In this document: positions 18,357-28,202 of the stretch, in pieces | How the letters are laid out: each line of letters begins with the position of its first letter | How positions within the stretch are numbered: position 1 is the first letter of the stretch | NCBI GenBank assembly: GCA_022843485.1 | Contig: JALHNM010000002.1 | Coordinates: 94,238-158,237, forward strand | From: Fimbriimonadaceae bacterium | GTDB lineage: Bacteria > Armatimonadota > Fimbriimonadia > Fimbriimonadales > Fimbriimonadaceae | Direction: 5' to 3' | DNA length: 64,000 nt | Notes under the pieces: model-generated | Told to the model about the DNA's origin: nothing | Database searches by the model: none | The model's input: the letters and a program-made list of their open reading frames with translations, nothing else | Translations under genes and position numbers: made by a program

Positions 18357-19528
18357 AGCTGCCCCTCCTGCCCGTCACGACCGTCGGCAGCTGGCCCCGG
18401 TCCGAGGCGCTGCTCAAGGAGCAACGCGCCCTGCGGGCGGGCCGCAGCTCGCGCGAGCGGTTCCAGGCCCTGGCCGCCGCCGAGGTCGCCGAGTTCGTGG
18501 CGCTGCAGGAGGCGGTCGGCGTCGACGTCCTCACCGACGGCGAGCAACGGCGGGACAACTTCTACTCGTTCGTCGCCGACAAGCTCGACGGCGTGCAGCT
18601 CATGACCCTCGGCGACATGCTCGACCTCGTCGAGGACAAAGCCGGTTTCGAACGCCTCCTCCAGACCCTCGACGTACCCGCCTTCGGGATCAGCAACCCC
18701 ACCTGCGTCGGAAAGGTGTCCGTCCGCGAGCCGATCGCCCTGGACGAGGCCCGGTTCCTGCGGGCGGCCACCGACCGGCCGATCAAGGTGCCGCTCCCCG
18801 GGCCGTACCTGCTGACCCGGGCGATGTGGGTGCCCGAGGCCGCAGGCCGCTACTACGCGAGCAAGGAGGAGCTGGGCGAGGAGGTCGTGGCGATCCTGGC
18901 CGACGAGGTGCGGCGGCTCGTGGCGGAGGGCGTGGACTTCGTGCAGTTCGACGAGCCCGTGCTCACCGAGTTGGTCTTCTCCCAGGGCGAGACGCGCACG
19001 TTCATGTGCGCCGCCCTCGCCGCCCGCAGCGACCCCAAGGAGGAGCTCGACTTCGCGGTCGGGCTGATCAACCAGGTCGCCGAAGCGGGGAAGGGGTGCC
19101 GCACTGGGCTCCACGTCTGCCGCGGCAACTGGAGCCAGCGCGAGGAGACCCTGCTCGCCGGGCCCTACCACCCGCTCGTGCCCGTCTTCGACCGCCTCGC
19201 CGTGGACCAGCTCGTGCTCGAGTACGCCACCCCCCGGGCCGGGCCGCTCATCCCGATGGGAGGGAAGGAACTCGGGCTCGGGGCCGTCAACCCCCGCACG
19301 GCCAAGGTCGAGACCCCAGACGAGATCGCTGCCCGCATCCACGAGGCCCTCGCCCACGTCCCCGCGGACCGGCTGTGGCTCAACCCCGACTGCGGGTTCG
19401 GCACCTTCTCGCTCCGACCCATGAACGACCGCGACACCGCCCGGCGCAAGTTGGAGTCGCTCGTCGCCGCCGCCCAGGCGGTGCGGGCCGAGCTGGCCGG
19501 GGCCGCCGACCGCCGGGAAGGGGCCTGA
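18353..19528 (+). CDS. cobalamin-independent methionine synthase II (MetE C-terminal-domain-like) protein
   Basis: LPVTTVGSWPRSEALL ... ELDFAVGLINQV ... CGFGT (UROD/MetE-like fold); GTG start overlaps the preceding stop. Confidence 0.7.
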   Translation: MKLPLLPVTTVGSWPRSEALLKEQRALRAGRSSRERFQALAAAEVAEFVALQEAVGVDVLTDGEQRRDNFYSFVADKLDGVQLMTLGDMLDLVEDKAGFERLLQTLDVPAFGISNPTCVGKVSVREPIALDEARFLRAATDRPIKVPLPGPYLLTRAMWVPEAAGRYYASKEELGEEVVAILADEVRRLVAEGVDFVQFDEPVLTELVFSQGETRTFMCAALAARSDPKEELDFAVGLINQVAEAGKGCRTGLHVCRGNWSQREETLLAGPYHPLVPVFDRLAVDQLVLEYATPRAGPLIPMGGKELGLGAVNPRTAKVETPDEIAARIHEALAHVPADRLWLNPDCGFGTFSLRPMNDRDTARRKLESLVAAAQAVRAELAGAADRREGA

Positions 19529-19551
19529 AGAGGGCCGAGTACACTCCGGCG

Positions 19552-19740
19552 ATGGGGAACGAGGACGAGGGGAAGGTCGCCGAGGCTCGGGCCAAGTGCG
19601 GCGAGCAGGACGCCTGGGGGAACAGCGTCGCCGCCCTCCGTGCGAACCTCAAGCTGACCCCGCTCGAGAGGCTTCGGCGGCTCGAGCGGGCCGCCCGGTT
19701 CGTGGAGAAGTATCGTGGGGCAGCCCGAAAGGCCGATTGA
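19552..19740 (+). CDS. small protein (62 aa), possible antitoxin-like partner of the downstream nucleotidyltransferase
   Basis: ATG at 19552 in the tail of a spurious 304-aa track ORF; sequence ...LKLTPLERLRRLERAARFVEKYRG; overlaps the start of the NTase gene by ~26 nt. Confidence 0.35.
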   Translation: MGNEDEGKVAEARAKCGEQDAWGNSVAALRANLKLTPLERLRRLERAARFVEKYRGAARKAD

Positions 19741-20218
19741 GTTCGAGCGCGTCCTTGCCCTCGTCTTTGACGCAGGGGTGGACTTCGTCACGATCGGCGG
19801 TGTGGCGCTCGTGCTCTCCGGTGGCGCCCATGTGACGCAGGACGTCGACTTCGCCTTCGTCCGCCGTCGCGAGAACGCCAAGCGGCTCGCGGACGCCCTC
19901 GCCCCCTTCCACCCGCGGCCGCTCGATTGGCCCGAGGGGTTGCCCTACGTCTGGGACGACCAGACCTTGATGAACGCCACCACCCTGACCCTGGAGACCG
20001 ACATCGGCCGGATCGACCTCCTCGCCGAGCCCGACGGCGCCCCGCCCTACGAAGCGCTCAAGGCCCGGGCCAACGTGTTCGACCTGGACGGCCGCCCCGT
20101 GCGTGTGGCCTGCATCGAAGACCTCATCGCCATGAAGCGCGCCGCCGGCCGCCCCAAAGACCTCGCCCACATCGCCGAGCTCGAGACCATCCAACGCCTC
20201 CTCGCCGAAGGCAGTTAG
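19715..20218 (+). CDS. nucleotidyltransferase-fold protein (AbiEii / DUF6036-like)
   Basis: FVTIGGVALVLSGGAHVTQDVDFAFV (Pol-beta-type NTase G-S-x9-DxD motif) and C-terminal IAMKRAAGRPKDLAHIAEL. Confidence 0.55.
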   Translation: MGQPERPIEFERVLALVFDAGVDFVTIGGVALVLSGGAHVTQDVDFAFVRRRENAKRLADALAPFHPRPLDWPEGLPYVWDDQTLMNATTLTLETDIGRIDLLAEPDGAPPYEALKARANVFDLDGRPVRVACIEDLIAMKRAAGRPKDLAHIAELETIQRLLAEGS

Positions 20219-20541
20219 CCCCCGGCGCGCAGGCCACCAGGCCCGCAGGCGCACCGCCGCGAACGCCCACGCCTGCCCCCTGACGACCACACTAGGTCCC
20301 CGCCTCGCTCCCACTCAACCACGGCGCGAGTTGGGGCCCCGGAAGGTAACGGTGAGGGGAGGGAGCTGCTCCGGGTCTATCGGCTGCGTTATAGTGCCCC
20401 ATGGCCACCCAGGCTCTCCGAATCGTGACGGCGCTCTCGACCTTAGGCGCGGCCTCGGTCGCCCTCCAGCTCGAGTTCCAGTACCGGACCGGCGTCTAAG
20501 GCTTCGACCAACGACGCTCCGGTCTTCTTAACGGCGGGAGA

Positions 20542-21441
20542 ATGTACTGCGTACCGTCGAGCTTCGTGAACGCTTGCGGCTACCTGCGGGACAACGGGAT
20601 GCGCACCATGCTGGGCGGGAGCAACCCCAACAGCCACGCGGAGATCACCTACCTGCTCCTTCTCATGGGGGCGCCCATGGGAACCGACCCCACCAAGGGC
20701 ATAAAGGGCTCCTACCCGGTCGAGTGGTCGTGGGTGGACTGGAAAACCAGCAAGCTCGTCTACCTCGGCGCCTGGAGCCCCACCGGCTCCTGGAACCACG
20801 ACACGGTCATGGACCTGTTCCGCTCCGGGGCCATGGTGAGGCTCGGCTATGGCCGCTACGCCAACGTCAACGGCACCTGGTTCCGCACCGGCGGCCCGGC
20901 GGTCACCCGCAACCTGAGGGGGCGTGTCGCCGCCATCGACGTCGACGAGGTCACGGGCGGGTTCGTCGCCCTTGACGCCAAGCTCGGGGGCACGACCGCC
21001 TACGACACCGACTTCGTCACCTCCCGACGCGAGCCGCTGCTCGGGATTGTCCCCGCCCGGCCGGTGACGAACATCGCCGTCGGTGAGGCTGTGTTCTCCG
21101 TGGACTCCGAAACCGGCGACTACCTCGTCGCTGTCACCGGGGAGCAAGGCTGGACCCGGTTCGCCCGCGCTGGGGCAGCCCGGTTCGGCACTCGCGTCAC
21201 GGCGAAGGTGGCGGGCGGGGTGCAAGGGCTCATGGCCGGGCCGCAAGGCACCGTGTTCGTCCAGAACGGCTCCAACCGGCTGGACGCCTACTCTCACACC
21301 GGGTCCATACGGCCGTCCGAGTTCACCGGCCTCCAGGCGAGAGGGCCGTTCCAGATCCCCAAGAGCTTCCGTGCCGTCCGCCCAGGCCAAATGACCGGCC
21401 CCGGCTGGAACGACGTCCCCCCGGAAGGCAACAACCCCTAA
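20542..21441 (+). CDS. hypothetical protein (unknown function)
   Basis: 299-aa ORF with no recognised motif; N-terminus MYCVPSSFVNACGYLRDNG. Confidence 0.4.
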   Translation: MYCVPSSFVNACGYLRDNGMRTMLGGSNPNSHAEITYLLLLMGAPMGTDPTKGIKGSYPVEWSWVDWKTSKLVYLGAWSPTGSWNHDTVMDLFRSGAMVRLGYGRYANVNGTWFRTGGPAVTRNLRGRVAAIDVDEVTGGFVALDAKLGGTTAYDTDFVTSRREPLLGIVPARPVTNIAVGEAVFSVDSETGDYLVAVTGEQGWTRFARAGAARFGTRVTAKVAGGVQGLMAGPQGTVFVQNGSNRLDAYSHTGSIRPSEFTGLQARGPFQIPKSFRAVRPGQMTGPGWNDVPPEGNNP

Positions 21442-21613
21442 CCACCCGCCGTCGGCCGGCCGGGTCGGGCGGGTCGAAGGCGAGGAGCGGGCAGGGTGAC
21501 GAGGTCTCCCCAGCGAGTGGGGCTAGGGGGTAAGGGCTATCATGCGAGTGCGAGTGGTACCGGGAGACACGGGGGCCAGAGAGTCCCCGCTCCAGGCTCT
21601 CCCCGGAGGCGTC

Positions 21614-22135
21614 ATGAGAACGAGCGAGGCGACCCTCTACATACTCTCCGGACTCCCGGGAAGTGGGAAGACGACCCTCTCCCAGTCGCTGGCACGGCGC
21701 CTCGGTGCCGCGCACCTCCGAATCGACACGATCGAGCAGGCGCTCAGAGACCTGGGCCGTGTCGATGTGCACGACGAGGGGTATCGCCTCGCGTACCGGG
21801 TGGCCTCAGACGTCCTCAACGCAGGCGTGAGCGTGGTCGCCGACTCCTGCAACCCTCTCGAGTTGACCCGGCGTGCATGGGAACAGGTGGCCATGGACGC
21901 CGGCGTCCCGTACGTGAACATTGAGATCGTCTGCTCCGACGCACGAGAACACCGGGAGAGGGTGGAGACCCGAGCCTCGACCGTGCAAGGGTTGCGCCTG
22001 CCGACGTGGGCCGAGGTCGTGAGTCGCGACTACGACGATTGGACGGCCGAGCGTATCCTTCTCGATACGGCGCGCAAGCCCGAAGAGGAGTGCCTCGATG
22101 AACTGCTCTCCAGGCTATCGGGCGCGGCCGGCTAG
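21614..22135 (+). CDS. P-loop kinase (AAA_33 / zeta-toxin / chloramphenicol-phosphotransferase-like family)
   Basis: LYILSGLPGSGKTTLSQSLARRLGAAHLRIDTIEQAL Walker A; ~170 aa. Confidence 0.6.
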   Translation: MRTSEATLYILSGLPGSGKTTLSQSLARRLGAAHLRIDTIEQALRDLGRVDVHDEGYRLAYRVASDVLNAGVSVVADSCNPLELTRRAWEQVAMDAGVPYVNIEIVCSDAREHRERVETRASTVQGLRLPTWAEVVSRDYDDWTAERILLDTARKPEEECLDELLSRLSGAAG

Positions 22136-22206
22136 GGGCCGCGCTGATCGGATCGGCCGAGCAGGCGGGTCGAGTCCCGCCAGCGCCTGTGGTTTGGGCC
22201 CCCCGG

Positions 22207-22827
22207 TCAGGCGGTGCCGTAGAGGCGGTCGCCGTAGTCGCCTAGGCCGGGGAGGATGTACTTGGAGTCGTCGAGGCCCCGGTCGACGGCGGCGGTGAAG
22301 ACGGGAACGTCCGGGTGGGCCTCGGCGAGGCGGGCGATGCCCTCGGGGGCGGAGACGATCGAGGCCATCGCGACGGACGCGGCGCCGTGGGACTTCAGGA
22401 GCCCGACCGCCTGGGCCGCCGATCCCCCAGTCGCGAGCATCGGGTCGACGAGGAGGGTGTGCCGGTCACGCAGCGGCGGCAGCTTGACGTAGTAGCTGTG
22501 GGCGACGGCGGTCTCGTGCGAGCGTTCGAGGCCGATATAGCCCACGGCGACGTCGGGGAAGAGCTCCAGGGCGGGTTCGAGCATCGAGAGCCCAGCACGC
22601 AGGACGGGCACCACGGCGAGCCCGACGGCCAGCGAGGCACCGTCGGTCGTCTCGAGCGGTGTCTCGACCGGGTGGGCGCGCTCGGGCACGGACCGGGTGG
22701 CGTCCAGGATGACGAGCGTCGAGAGCACCCAGGCGTAGCGCCGGAAGGTGGCAGGCGGGGTCGTGCGGTCGCGCAGTCCGGTGAGGAGGTGGCGGGCGAG
22801 CGGGTGGTCGACGACGTGGACGGCCAT
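22207..22827 (-). CDS. upp: uracil phosphoribosyltransferase
   Basis: MAVHVVDHPLARHLLTGLRDRTTPPATFR ... DPMLATGGSA (PRPP-binding motif). Confidence 0.85.
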   Translation of the reverse strand: MAVHVVDHPLARHLLTGLRDRTTPPATFRRYAWVLSTLVILDATRSVPERAHPVETPLETTDGASLAVGLAVVPVLRAGLSMLEPALELFPDVAVGYIGLERSHETAVAHSYYVKLPPLRDRHTLLVDPMLATGGSAAQAVGLLKSHGAASVAMASIVSAPEGIARLAEAHPDVPVFTAAVDRGLDDSKYILPGLGDYGDRLYGTA

Positions 22828-22880
22828 GGGCGCGATGCTACATCAGACTGGCCTCCCCGGGGTATCGTCTAGCCCCACCC

Positions 22881-24299
22881 ATGGCCCCCACCCCCACCGC
22901 CGGCCTGATCCTGGCCGCAGGAAAAGGCACCCGGATGAAGAGCGACCTGCCGAAGGTGCTGCACGAGGTGGCGGGCACGCCGATGGTGCGGCTGGTGGTG
23001 GCGGCCCTTGCCGAGGCGGGCGTTCGGGAGCCTGTGGTCGTGACAGGGTACGGCGGCGAGTTGGTGCGGGAGTCGCTCGCGCCGGACGGGTGCCAGTTCG
23101 TCGAACAGGCGGAGCAGAAGGGCACCGGGCACGCCGCGCTCATGGCCGCCCCGGTGCTCGGCGAGTTCGAGGGGCCGGTCGTGGTCGCCGCCGGTGACAC
23201 GCCGTTGCTCACGTCGGGCACGGTGCGGGGACTCGTGGAGGAGTTCCTGGGGTCGGGGGCGCAGGCGGTCGTGGCGTCGTTCGTGACGTTCGAACCGAAA
23301 GGCTACGGACGGATCGTCCGGGACGGGGACGTCCGGGTCGTGGGCATCGTCGAGGAGAAGGACGCCACGCCCGAGCAGCGCCGGATCCAGGAAGTGAACG
23401 CGGGGCTCTACTGCTTCGACTCGGCGACGCTGTTCCGGATCCTGCCGACGCTGGGGACGGACAACGCCCAGGGTGAGGTCTACCTGACCGACGTCGTGGC
23501 GGCGATCGCGGCCGAGGGGGGGCTGGTGACGGCAATGACCGCGGACGACCCGGACGAGTTCATGGGCGTCAACGACCGGTGGCAGCTCGCCGAGGCGTCG
23601 CGGGTCATGCGCCTGCGGGTGTTGCGGCGCCATGCGATGAACGGCGTGACGATCGTCGACCCGACGAGCACCTACATCGGGGCGGAGGTGGTGATCGAGC
23701 CGGACGTGACGATCCAGCCGATGACCGTGCTTGAGGGCCGCACCGAGGTCGAGACCGGGGCGGCGATCGGCCCGAACGCCTGGGTCAAGGACAGCGTGAT
23801 CGGCCGGGGCTGCCGCGTCTTCATGAGCCACATCGACCAGGCGGTCATGGAGGCCGAGTCGCGATGCGGGCCGTTCAGCAACCTCCGCCCCGGCACCCGG
23901 CTCGGGCGCAAGGCGAAGGTCGGGAACTTCGTCGAGGTGAAGAACAGCGACATCGGGGAGAGCACCGCCGTCTCGCACCTCACCTATATCGGCGACTCGA
24001 CCGTAGGCGCCCGGACGAACATCGGCGCGGGCACGATCACGTGCAACTACGACGGGTTCGAGAAGCACCGCACGACGATCGGCGACGACGCCTTCGTCGG
24101 GAGCAACTCCACGCTCATCGCCCCCCGGAGGATCGGCGACGGGGCGATGGTGGCGGCCGGGAGCGTGGTGCACGAAGATGTCCCCGACGACGCCTTGGCG
24201 ATCGGACGGGCCAAACAGGAGAACAAGGAGCAATGGGTAGCGTCATGGCGGGAACGGCGATCGGGACAACGGGACGAGAAGGCGAATTCCAGGCCTTGA
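22881..24299 (+). CDS. glmU: bifunctional UDP-GlcNAc pyrophosphorylase / GlcN-1-P N-acetyltransferase
   Basis: GLILAAGKGTRMKSDLPKVLH N-terminal NTP-transferase motif plus C-terminal left-handed beta-helix hexapeptide repeats. Confidence 0.9.
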   Translation: MAPTPTAGLILAAGKGTRMKSDLPKVLHEVAGTPMVRLVVAALAEAGVREPVVVTGYGGELVRESLAPDGCQFVEQAEQKGTGHAALMAAPVLGEFEGPVVVAAGDTPLLTSGTVRGLVEEFLGSGAQAVVASFVTFEPKGYGRIVRDGDVRVVGIVEEKDATPEQRRIQEVNAGLYCFDSATLFRILPTLGTDNAQGEVYLTDVVAAIAAEGGLVTAMTADDPDEFMGVNDRWQLAEASRVMRLRVLRRHAMNGVTIVDPTSTYIGAEVVIEPDVTIQPMTVLEGRTEVETGAAIGPNAWVKDSVIGRGCRVFMSHIDQAVMEAESRCGPFSNLRPGTRLGRKAKVGNFVEVKNSDIGESTAVSHLTYIGDSTVGARTNIGAGTITCNYDGFEKHRTTIGDDAFVGSNSTLIAPRRIGDGAMVAAGSVVHEDVPDDALAIGRAKQENKEQWVASWRERRSGQRDEKANSRP

Positions 24300-25240
24300 A
24301 GATCTTTAGCGGCAACGCGCACCCGGAACTCGGAACGCGGCTCGCCGCCTACCTCGAGGCCGAGCCCGGCCATATCACCATCACCCGGTTCAGCGACGGG
24401 GAGATCCGGCTCATGGTCGAGGAGAGCGCGCGGGGGAACGACGTCTACATCCTCCAGCCGACCTGTGCCCCGGTGAACGACAACTTGATGGAGTTGCTCA
24501 TCATGCTCGACGCCTTCCGCCGGGCCAGCGCCAGCCGAATCACGGTCGTCATGCCCTATTACGGCTACGCGAGGCAGGACAAGAAGCTCAAGCCCCGTGA
24601 GCCGATCACCGCTCGGCTCGTCGCCGACCTCATCGTCGAGGCTGGGGCCCACCGCGTCGTCTGCGTCGACCTCCACGCGGAACAGATCCAGGGCTTCTTC
24701 GACATCCCGGTCGACCACCTCTACGCCGGGCCGGTAATCGGACGCTGGCTCGTCCAGCAAGGGTTCTCGGAGGCCGAGGACGTCGTGGTCGTAAGCCCGG
24801 ACGTGGCCGGCGTGCAGCGGGCGCGGTCGCTCGCGGAGATGCTGAGTTGCCCGATCACGATCATCGCCAAGCGCCGCCCGGAACCGAACAAGGTCGATAT
24901 CATGGAGATCATCGGCGACGTGAACGGCAAGCGCTGCGTGATGATCGACGACATGATCGACACCGGTGGGACGATCATCCGGGGGGCTGAGGCGCTGCTC
25001 AAGCGCGGGGCGACCGAAGTGCTCGCGGTGGGGACGCACGCCGTCTTCAGCGGCAACGCCCCCCAACTCCTGCAGGACAGCGTGCTCTCGAAGGTGGTGG
25101 TGACCGACACGGTGCCGATCCCGAGCGTCAAGGTGTTCCCGAAGCTCACCGTCCTCCCCATCGCCCCCCTCCTCGGCGACGCGATCCGGCGCATCCACAC
25201 GAACGAGTCGGTGAGCACGCTCTTCGACGGCTGGCGGTAG
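24233..25240 (+). CDS. prs: ribose-phosphate pyrophosphokinase
   Basis: LKIFSGNAHPELG ... RITVVMPYYGYARQDKK ... MIDDMIDTGGTI; start ATG 24233 (or 24245) overlaps the glmU end. Confidence 0.9.
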   Translation: MGSVMAGTAIGTTGREGEFQALKIFSGNAHPELGTRLAAYLEAEPGHITITRFSDGEIRLMVEESARGNDVYILQPTCAPVNDNLMELLIMLDAFRRASASRITVVMPYYGYARQDKKLKPREPITARLVADLIVEAGAHRVVCVDLHAEQIQGFFDIPVDHLYAGPVIGRWLVQQGFSEAEDVVVVSPDVAGVQRARSLAEMLSCPITIIAKRRPEPNKVDIMEIIGDVNGKRCVMIDDMIDTGGTIIRGAEALLKRGATEVLAVGTHAVFSGNAPQLLQDSVLSKVVVTDTVPIPSVKVFPKLTVLPIAPLLGDAIRRIHTNESVSTLFDGWR

Positions 25241-25355
25241 TCGGCGCGGCACCCAGTATAAGTGCGAGACTTGACACTCGTATCACTCTGATCCTGCGGG
25301 TTCCGGGTCAAACTGTGCGTCGTTCGCCTCGGTTTTCGGGGCGGGGTTCGTCAGT

Positions 25356-28106
25356 ATGCGTCACAGTCGTCTTCTCACGTTCGCCCTGTTCCTGGGCCTC
25401 GCCGTCGCCGCTCCGGCGGACTGGACCCTCTCTCTCTCCCAGGCTCTGAGCCGGCCGGACGTGGTCCGGGGCCTGCCGGGCCTTGACAAGGAGCGGAGTG
25501 CCGTGATGGCCGTCCGACAGCGGGCTCAGGCCCGGCTCGGGGCCGACGGCACGGCTCCGCCGAACGCCCTCTGGCGGGCGAAGCTCCAGCGGGACGCCCT
25601 CCTGGCGGCGCAGGGCGAAGAGCCCGCTCTGAGCGCCCTGAGCTGGACGAACTTCGGTCCGGGGAACATCGGCGGCCGGATCCGGGCCATCCTGATCCAC
25701 CCGACGGACCCTAACACCATGTGGCTCGGCTCGGTCGGTGGGGGCGTCTGGAAGTCCGTGAACGCGGGCGGCTCGTGGGTGCCGATGGACGATTTCCTGC
25801 CCGCCCTGAGCATCGGGTGCATGGAGTTGGACCCGAACGATCCGAACGTCCTTTATGCGGGCACCGGGGAAGGGTTCTTCGAGACGGTCGAGGGCTCCTC
25901 GAACACCGCCGCCCTGCGTGGGGCCGGGATCTTCCGAAGCACCGACGGGGGCACGACCTGGGCACAGATCCCGAGCACGGCGGGCATTGACTTCCAACTC
26001 GTCAACCGCCTCGCGATCGACCCGCGCGACTCGAACCGGATCATGGCCGCCACGAGCACCGGCCTCTTCCGCTCGATCGACCGGGGCCAGACGTGGCAGA
26101 AGACCTTCACCGGCTGGGTCTACGACCTGAAGCTGAACCCTAACAACCCCGATCAGGTCGTCGCCGGGCTGCACGCGGGGGCGGGCGTCATCCACTCCTC
26201 CGACAACGGGGTCACCTGGGGCAACTCGACCGGCATCACGGGCGCCCACCGGTGCGAGCTCGACTGGTCGAAGAGCGCGAACGGGACGGTCTACGCCGGG
26301 GTGAGCGCCAACGAACGGATCCGGATCTTCCGCTCGACCGACTTTGGCCGGACCTGGACGCTGCGGACGAGCGGGAGCGGGGTCTCGACGTACGAGTCGT
26401 ACAACTCGGCCCTCTGGGTCGACCCGACCAACGCGAACAACCTCGTCGTAGGCGGGGTCTTCGTCTACCGGAGCACCGACGGGGGTGTGACGGTGCCCCG
26501 CGTCTTCAACGCCATGCACCCGGACTTCCACGTCATCGTCGAGGCGCCCGGCTACGACGGTTCGACCAACCGGAGGGTCTACTTCGGGCACGACGGCGGC
26601 ATTTCCGTCGCGACCAACGTCTACGGCTCGACCTACACGGACCTCAACAACAACCTGGGGATCACCCAGTTCTACGGCGTGGCCGTTAACGACGCGACGG
26701 GCGTCATCGTGGCCGGGGCCCAGGATAACGGGACGCTCCGCTACACCGGCAACGTCAACACCTGGAGCGACCGGATCGGCGGCGACGGAATCTTCTGCGG
26801 CAGCGACCCGACCAACCCGAACTACTTCTACGGCGGCTACTACTACAACCGGATCTTCAGGTCCAGCGACGGCGGCGCGAACTTCAGCGACATCAGCACC
26901 GGGATCACCGACCGGGACAGCTCGACGAACTCGAACTTCATCGCCTACTTCACGCTCGACCCGAACGACCCGAACCGGATGCTCGCCTGCGGGCGGCGGT
27001 TGTGGCGGTCCAACACCGTCAAGGGCACGCCGGGGTGGACGATCATCAAGCAGCCCATCGCTCTCGGCCCCGGGGACGGGCCCGGCGACCCCCCGAACGC
27101 CCACATGAACTCGAACCCCCCGCAGAACATCTCGACCTGCACGATCGCGCGGGGTAACTCGAACCTCATCTGGGTGGGCCACAACAATGGGCAGCTGTGG
27201 AAGACGACGAACGGCACGGCCGGGACCCCGTCCTGGACGCGGGTGGACGGTGGCGTGACCCCGGGCCGTTGGGTGGGCCGGATCGTGATCGACCCGAACG
27301 ACACGAACCGGGTCTACGTGGCCTTTATGGGTTGGGAGGGGGACAACGTCTGGCGCACGACCGACGGCGGCGCGACGTGGCAGCAGGCGACGGGCGTCGG
27401 GGCGCGGAAGCTCCCGGCGGCGCCGGTCTCGGCGTTGGCGGTCGATCCGGCCCGGCCCGGCCGGCTCTTCGCCGGTACGGACGTTGGGCTCTTCACGACC
27501 TGGGACGACGGCCAGACCTGGTCGGTCGAGTCGCAGGGGCCAGGCACGGTCTCGATCGACGAGCTCGTCTGGCGAAACCCGACGACCCTCGTGGCCGCCA
27601 CGCACGGTCGCGGGGTCTGGCAGGCCAACGTGACCCCGGGGGCCAACGAGGCGAGCCCCGAGAGCTTCACGATCGCCAGGGGCGTCAACCAGGGCGGCGG
27701 TCTTGCTGAGCTCACGACGAGCGACGACGCCTACCTCAACGTCGGGCGGGGCCTGGTGTTGAACCAGCAGGAGTCCCCGGTGACCGTCGAGTTCTCGACC
27801 ACGGCCCGGACGTCGACCGCCCAGTCGATCGAGGTAACGCTGGAACTCGGGGCGAACACCGCCGGCCTCCAGCAGACGATCCAGGCTCGGGACACCCTAG
27901 CGGGAGCGTGGGTCGAGGTCGACCGGCGCAACGCGAGCCTGAGCGACCTCGTCACGACGGTGACCCTGCCGGGCAGTGCGAGCCGGTTCGTCGACGGGGC
28001 CACTCGAAGGGTCAGGCTCCGTGCCCTGGTTCGCCAGACCGGTCCGACGACCCTCTTGAACTGGTTCGTGAGGTTCGACCTGGTCCGCTGGCGGATCGTC
28101 GACTGA
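25356..28106 (+). CDS. large secreted BNR/Asp-box repeat protein with shared C-terminal domain
   Basis: Signal peptide MRHSRLLTFALFLGLAVAAPA; multiple S-x-D-x-G-x-T-W repeats (STDGGTTW, SIDRGQTW, SSDNGVTW, STDFGRTW, TTDGGATW, WDDGQTW); last ~150 aa homologous to the C-termini of ORFs 3228, 36769 and 46878. Confidence 0.75.
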   Translation: MRHSRLLTFALFLGLAVAAPADWTLSLSQALSRPDVVRGLPGLDKERSAVMAVRQRAQARLGADGTAPPNALWRAKLQRDALLAAQGEEPALSALSWTNFGPGNIGGRIRAILIHPTDPNTMWLGSVGGGVWKSVNAGGSWVPMDDFLPALSIGCMELDPNDPNVLYAGTGEGFFETVEGSSNTAALRGAGIFRSTDGGTTWAQIPSTAGIDFQLVNRLAIDPRDSNRIMAATSTGLFRSIDRGQTWQKTFTGWVYDLKLNPNNPDQVVAGLHAGAGVIHSSDNGVTWGNSTGITGAHRCELDWSKSANGTVYAGVSANERIRIFRSTDFGRTWTLRTSGSGVSTYESYNSALWVDPTNANNLVVGGVFVYRSTDGGVTVPRVFNAMHPDFHVIVEAPGYDGSTNRRVYFGHDGGISVATNVYGSTYTDLNNNLGITQFYGVAVNDATGVIVAGAQDNGTLRYTGNVNTWSDRIGGDGIFCGSDPTNPNYFYGGYYYNRIFRSSDGGANFSDISTGITDRDSSTNSNFIAYFTLDPNDPNRMLACGRRLWRSNTVKGTPGWTIIKQPIALGPGDGPGDPPNAHMNSNPPQNISTCTIARGNSNLIWVGHNNGQLWKTTNGTAGTPSWTRVDGGVTPGRWVGRIVIDPNDTNRVYVAFMGWEGDNVWRTTDGGATWQQATGVGARKLPAAPVSALAVDPARPGRLFAGTDVGLFTTWDDGQTWSVESQGPGTVSIDELVWRNPTTLVAATHGRGVWQANVTPGANEASPESFTIARGVNQGGGLAELTTSDDAYLNVGRGLVLNQQESPVTVEFSTTARTSTAQSIEVTLELGANTAGLQQTIQARDTLAGAWVEVDRRNASLSDLVTTVTLPGSASRFVDGATRRVRLRALVRQTGPTTLLNWFVRFDLVRWRIVD

Positions 28107-28202
28107 TTCGGGAGCGGTCCGGCGACCCCGCCGGACCGCATCCCCGACGAAACCGGCAACTTCGCAGAGGCGAGGCAAGGCTGGCCCTCCGAACATCCAT
28201 CT

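Noticed and set aside
18826-19551. 304-aa ORF 18826..19740
   Set aside because: It lies in an alternate frame of the MetE-like gene and its translation is R/G/P-rich. Only its last 62 codons (19552..19740, own ATG) are kept as a candidate small protein.
25250-25355. Sigma-70-like promoter upstream of the BNR protein
   Set aside because: TTGACA is present at ~25270, but no acceptable -10 hexamer lies at 16-19 bp spacing, so a promoter cannot be called from sequence alone.
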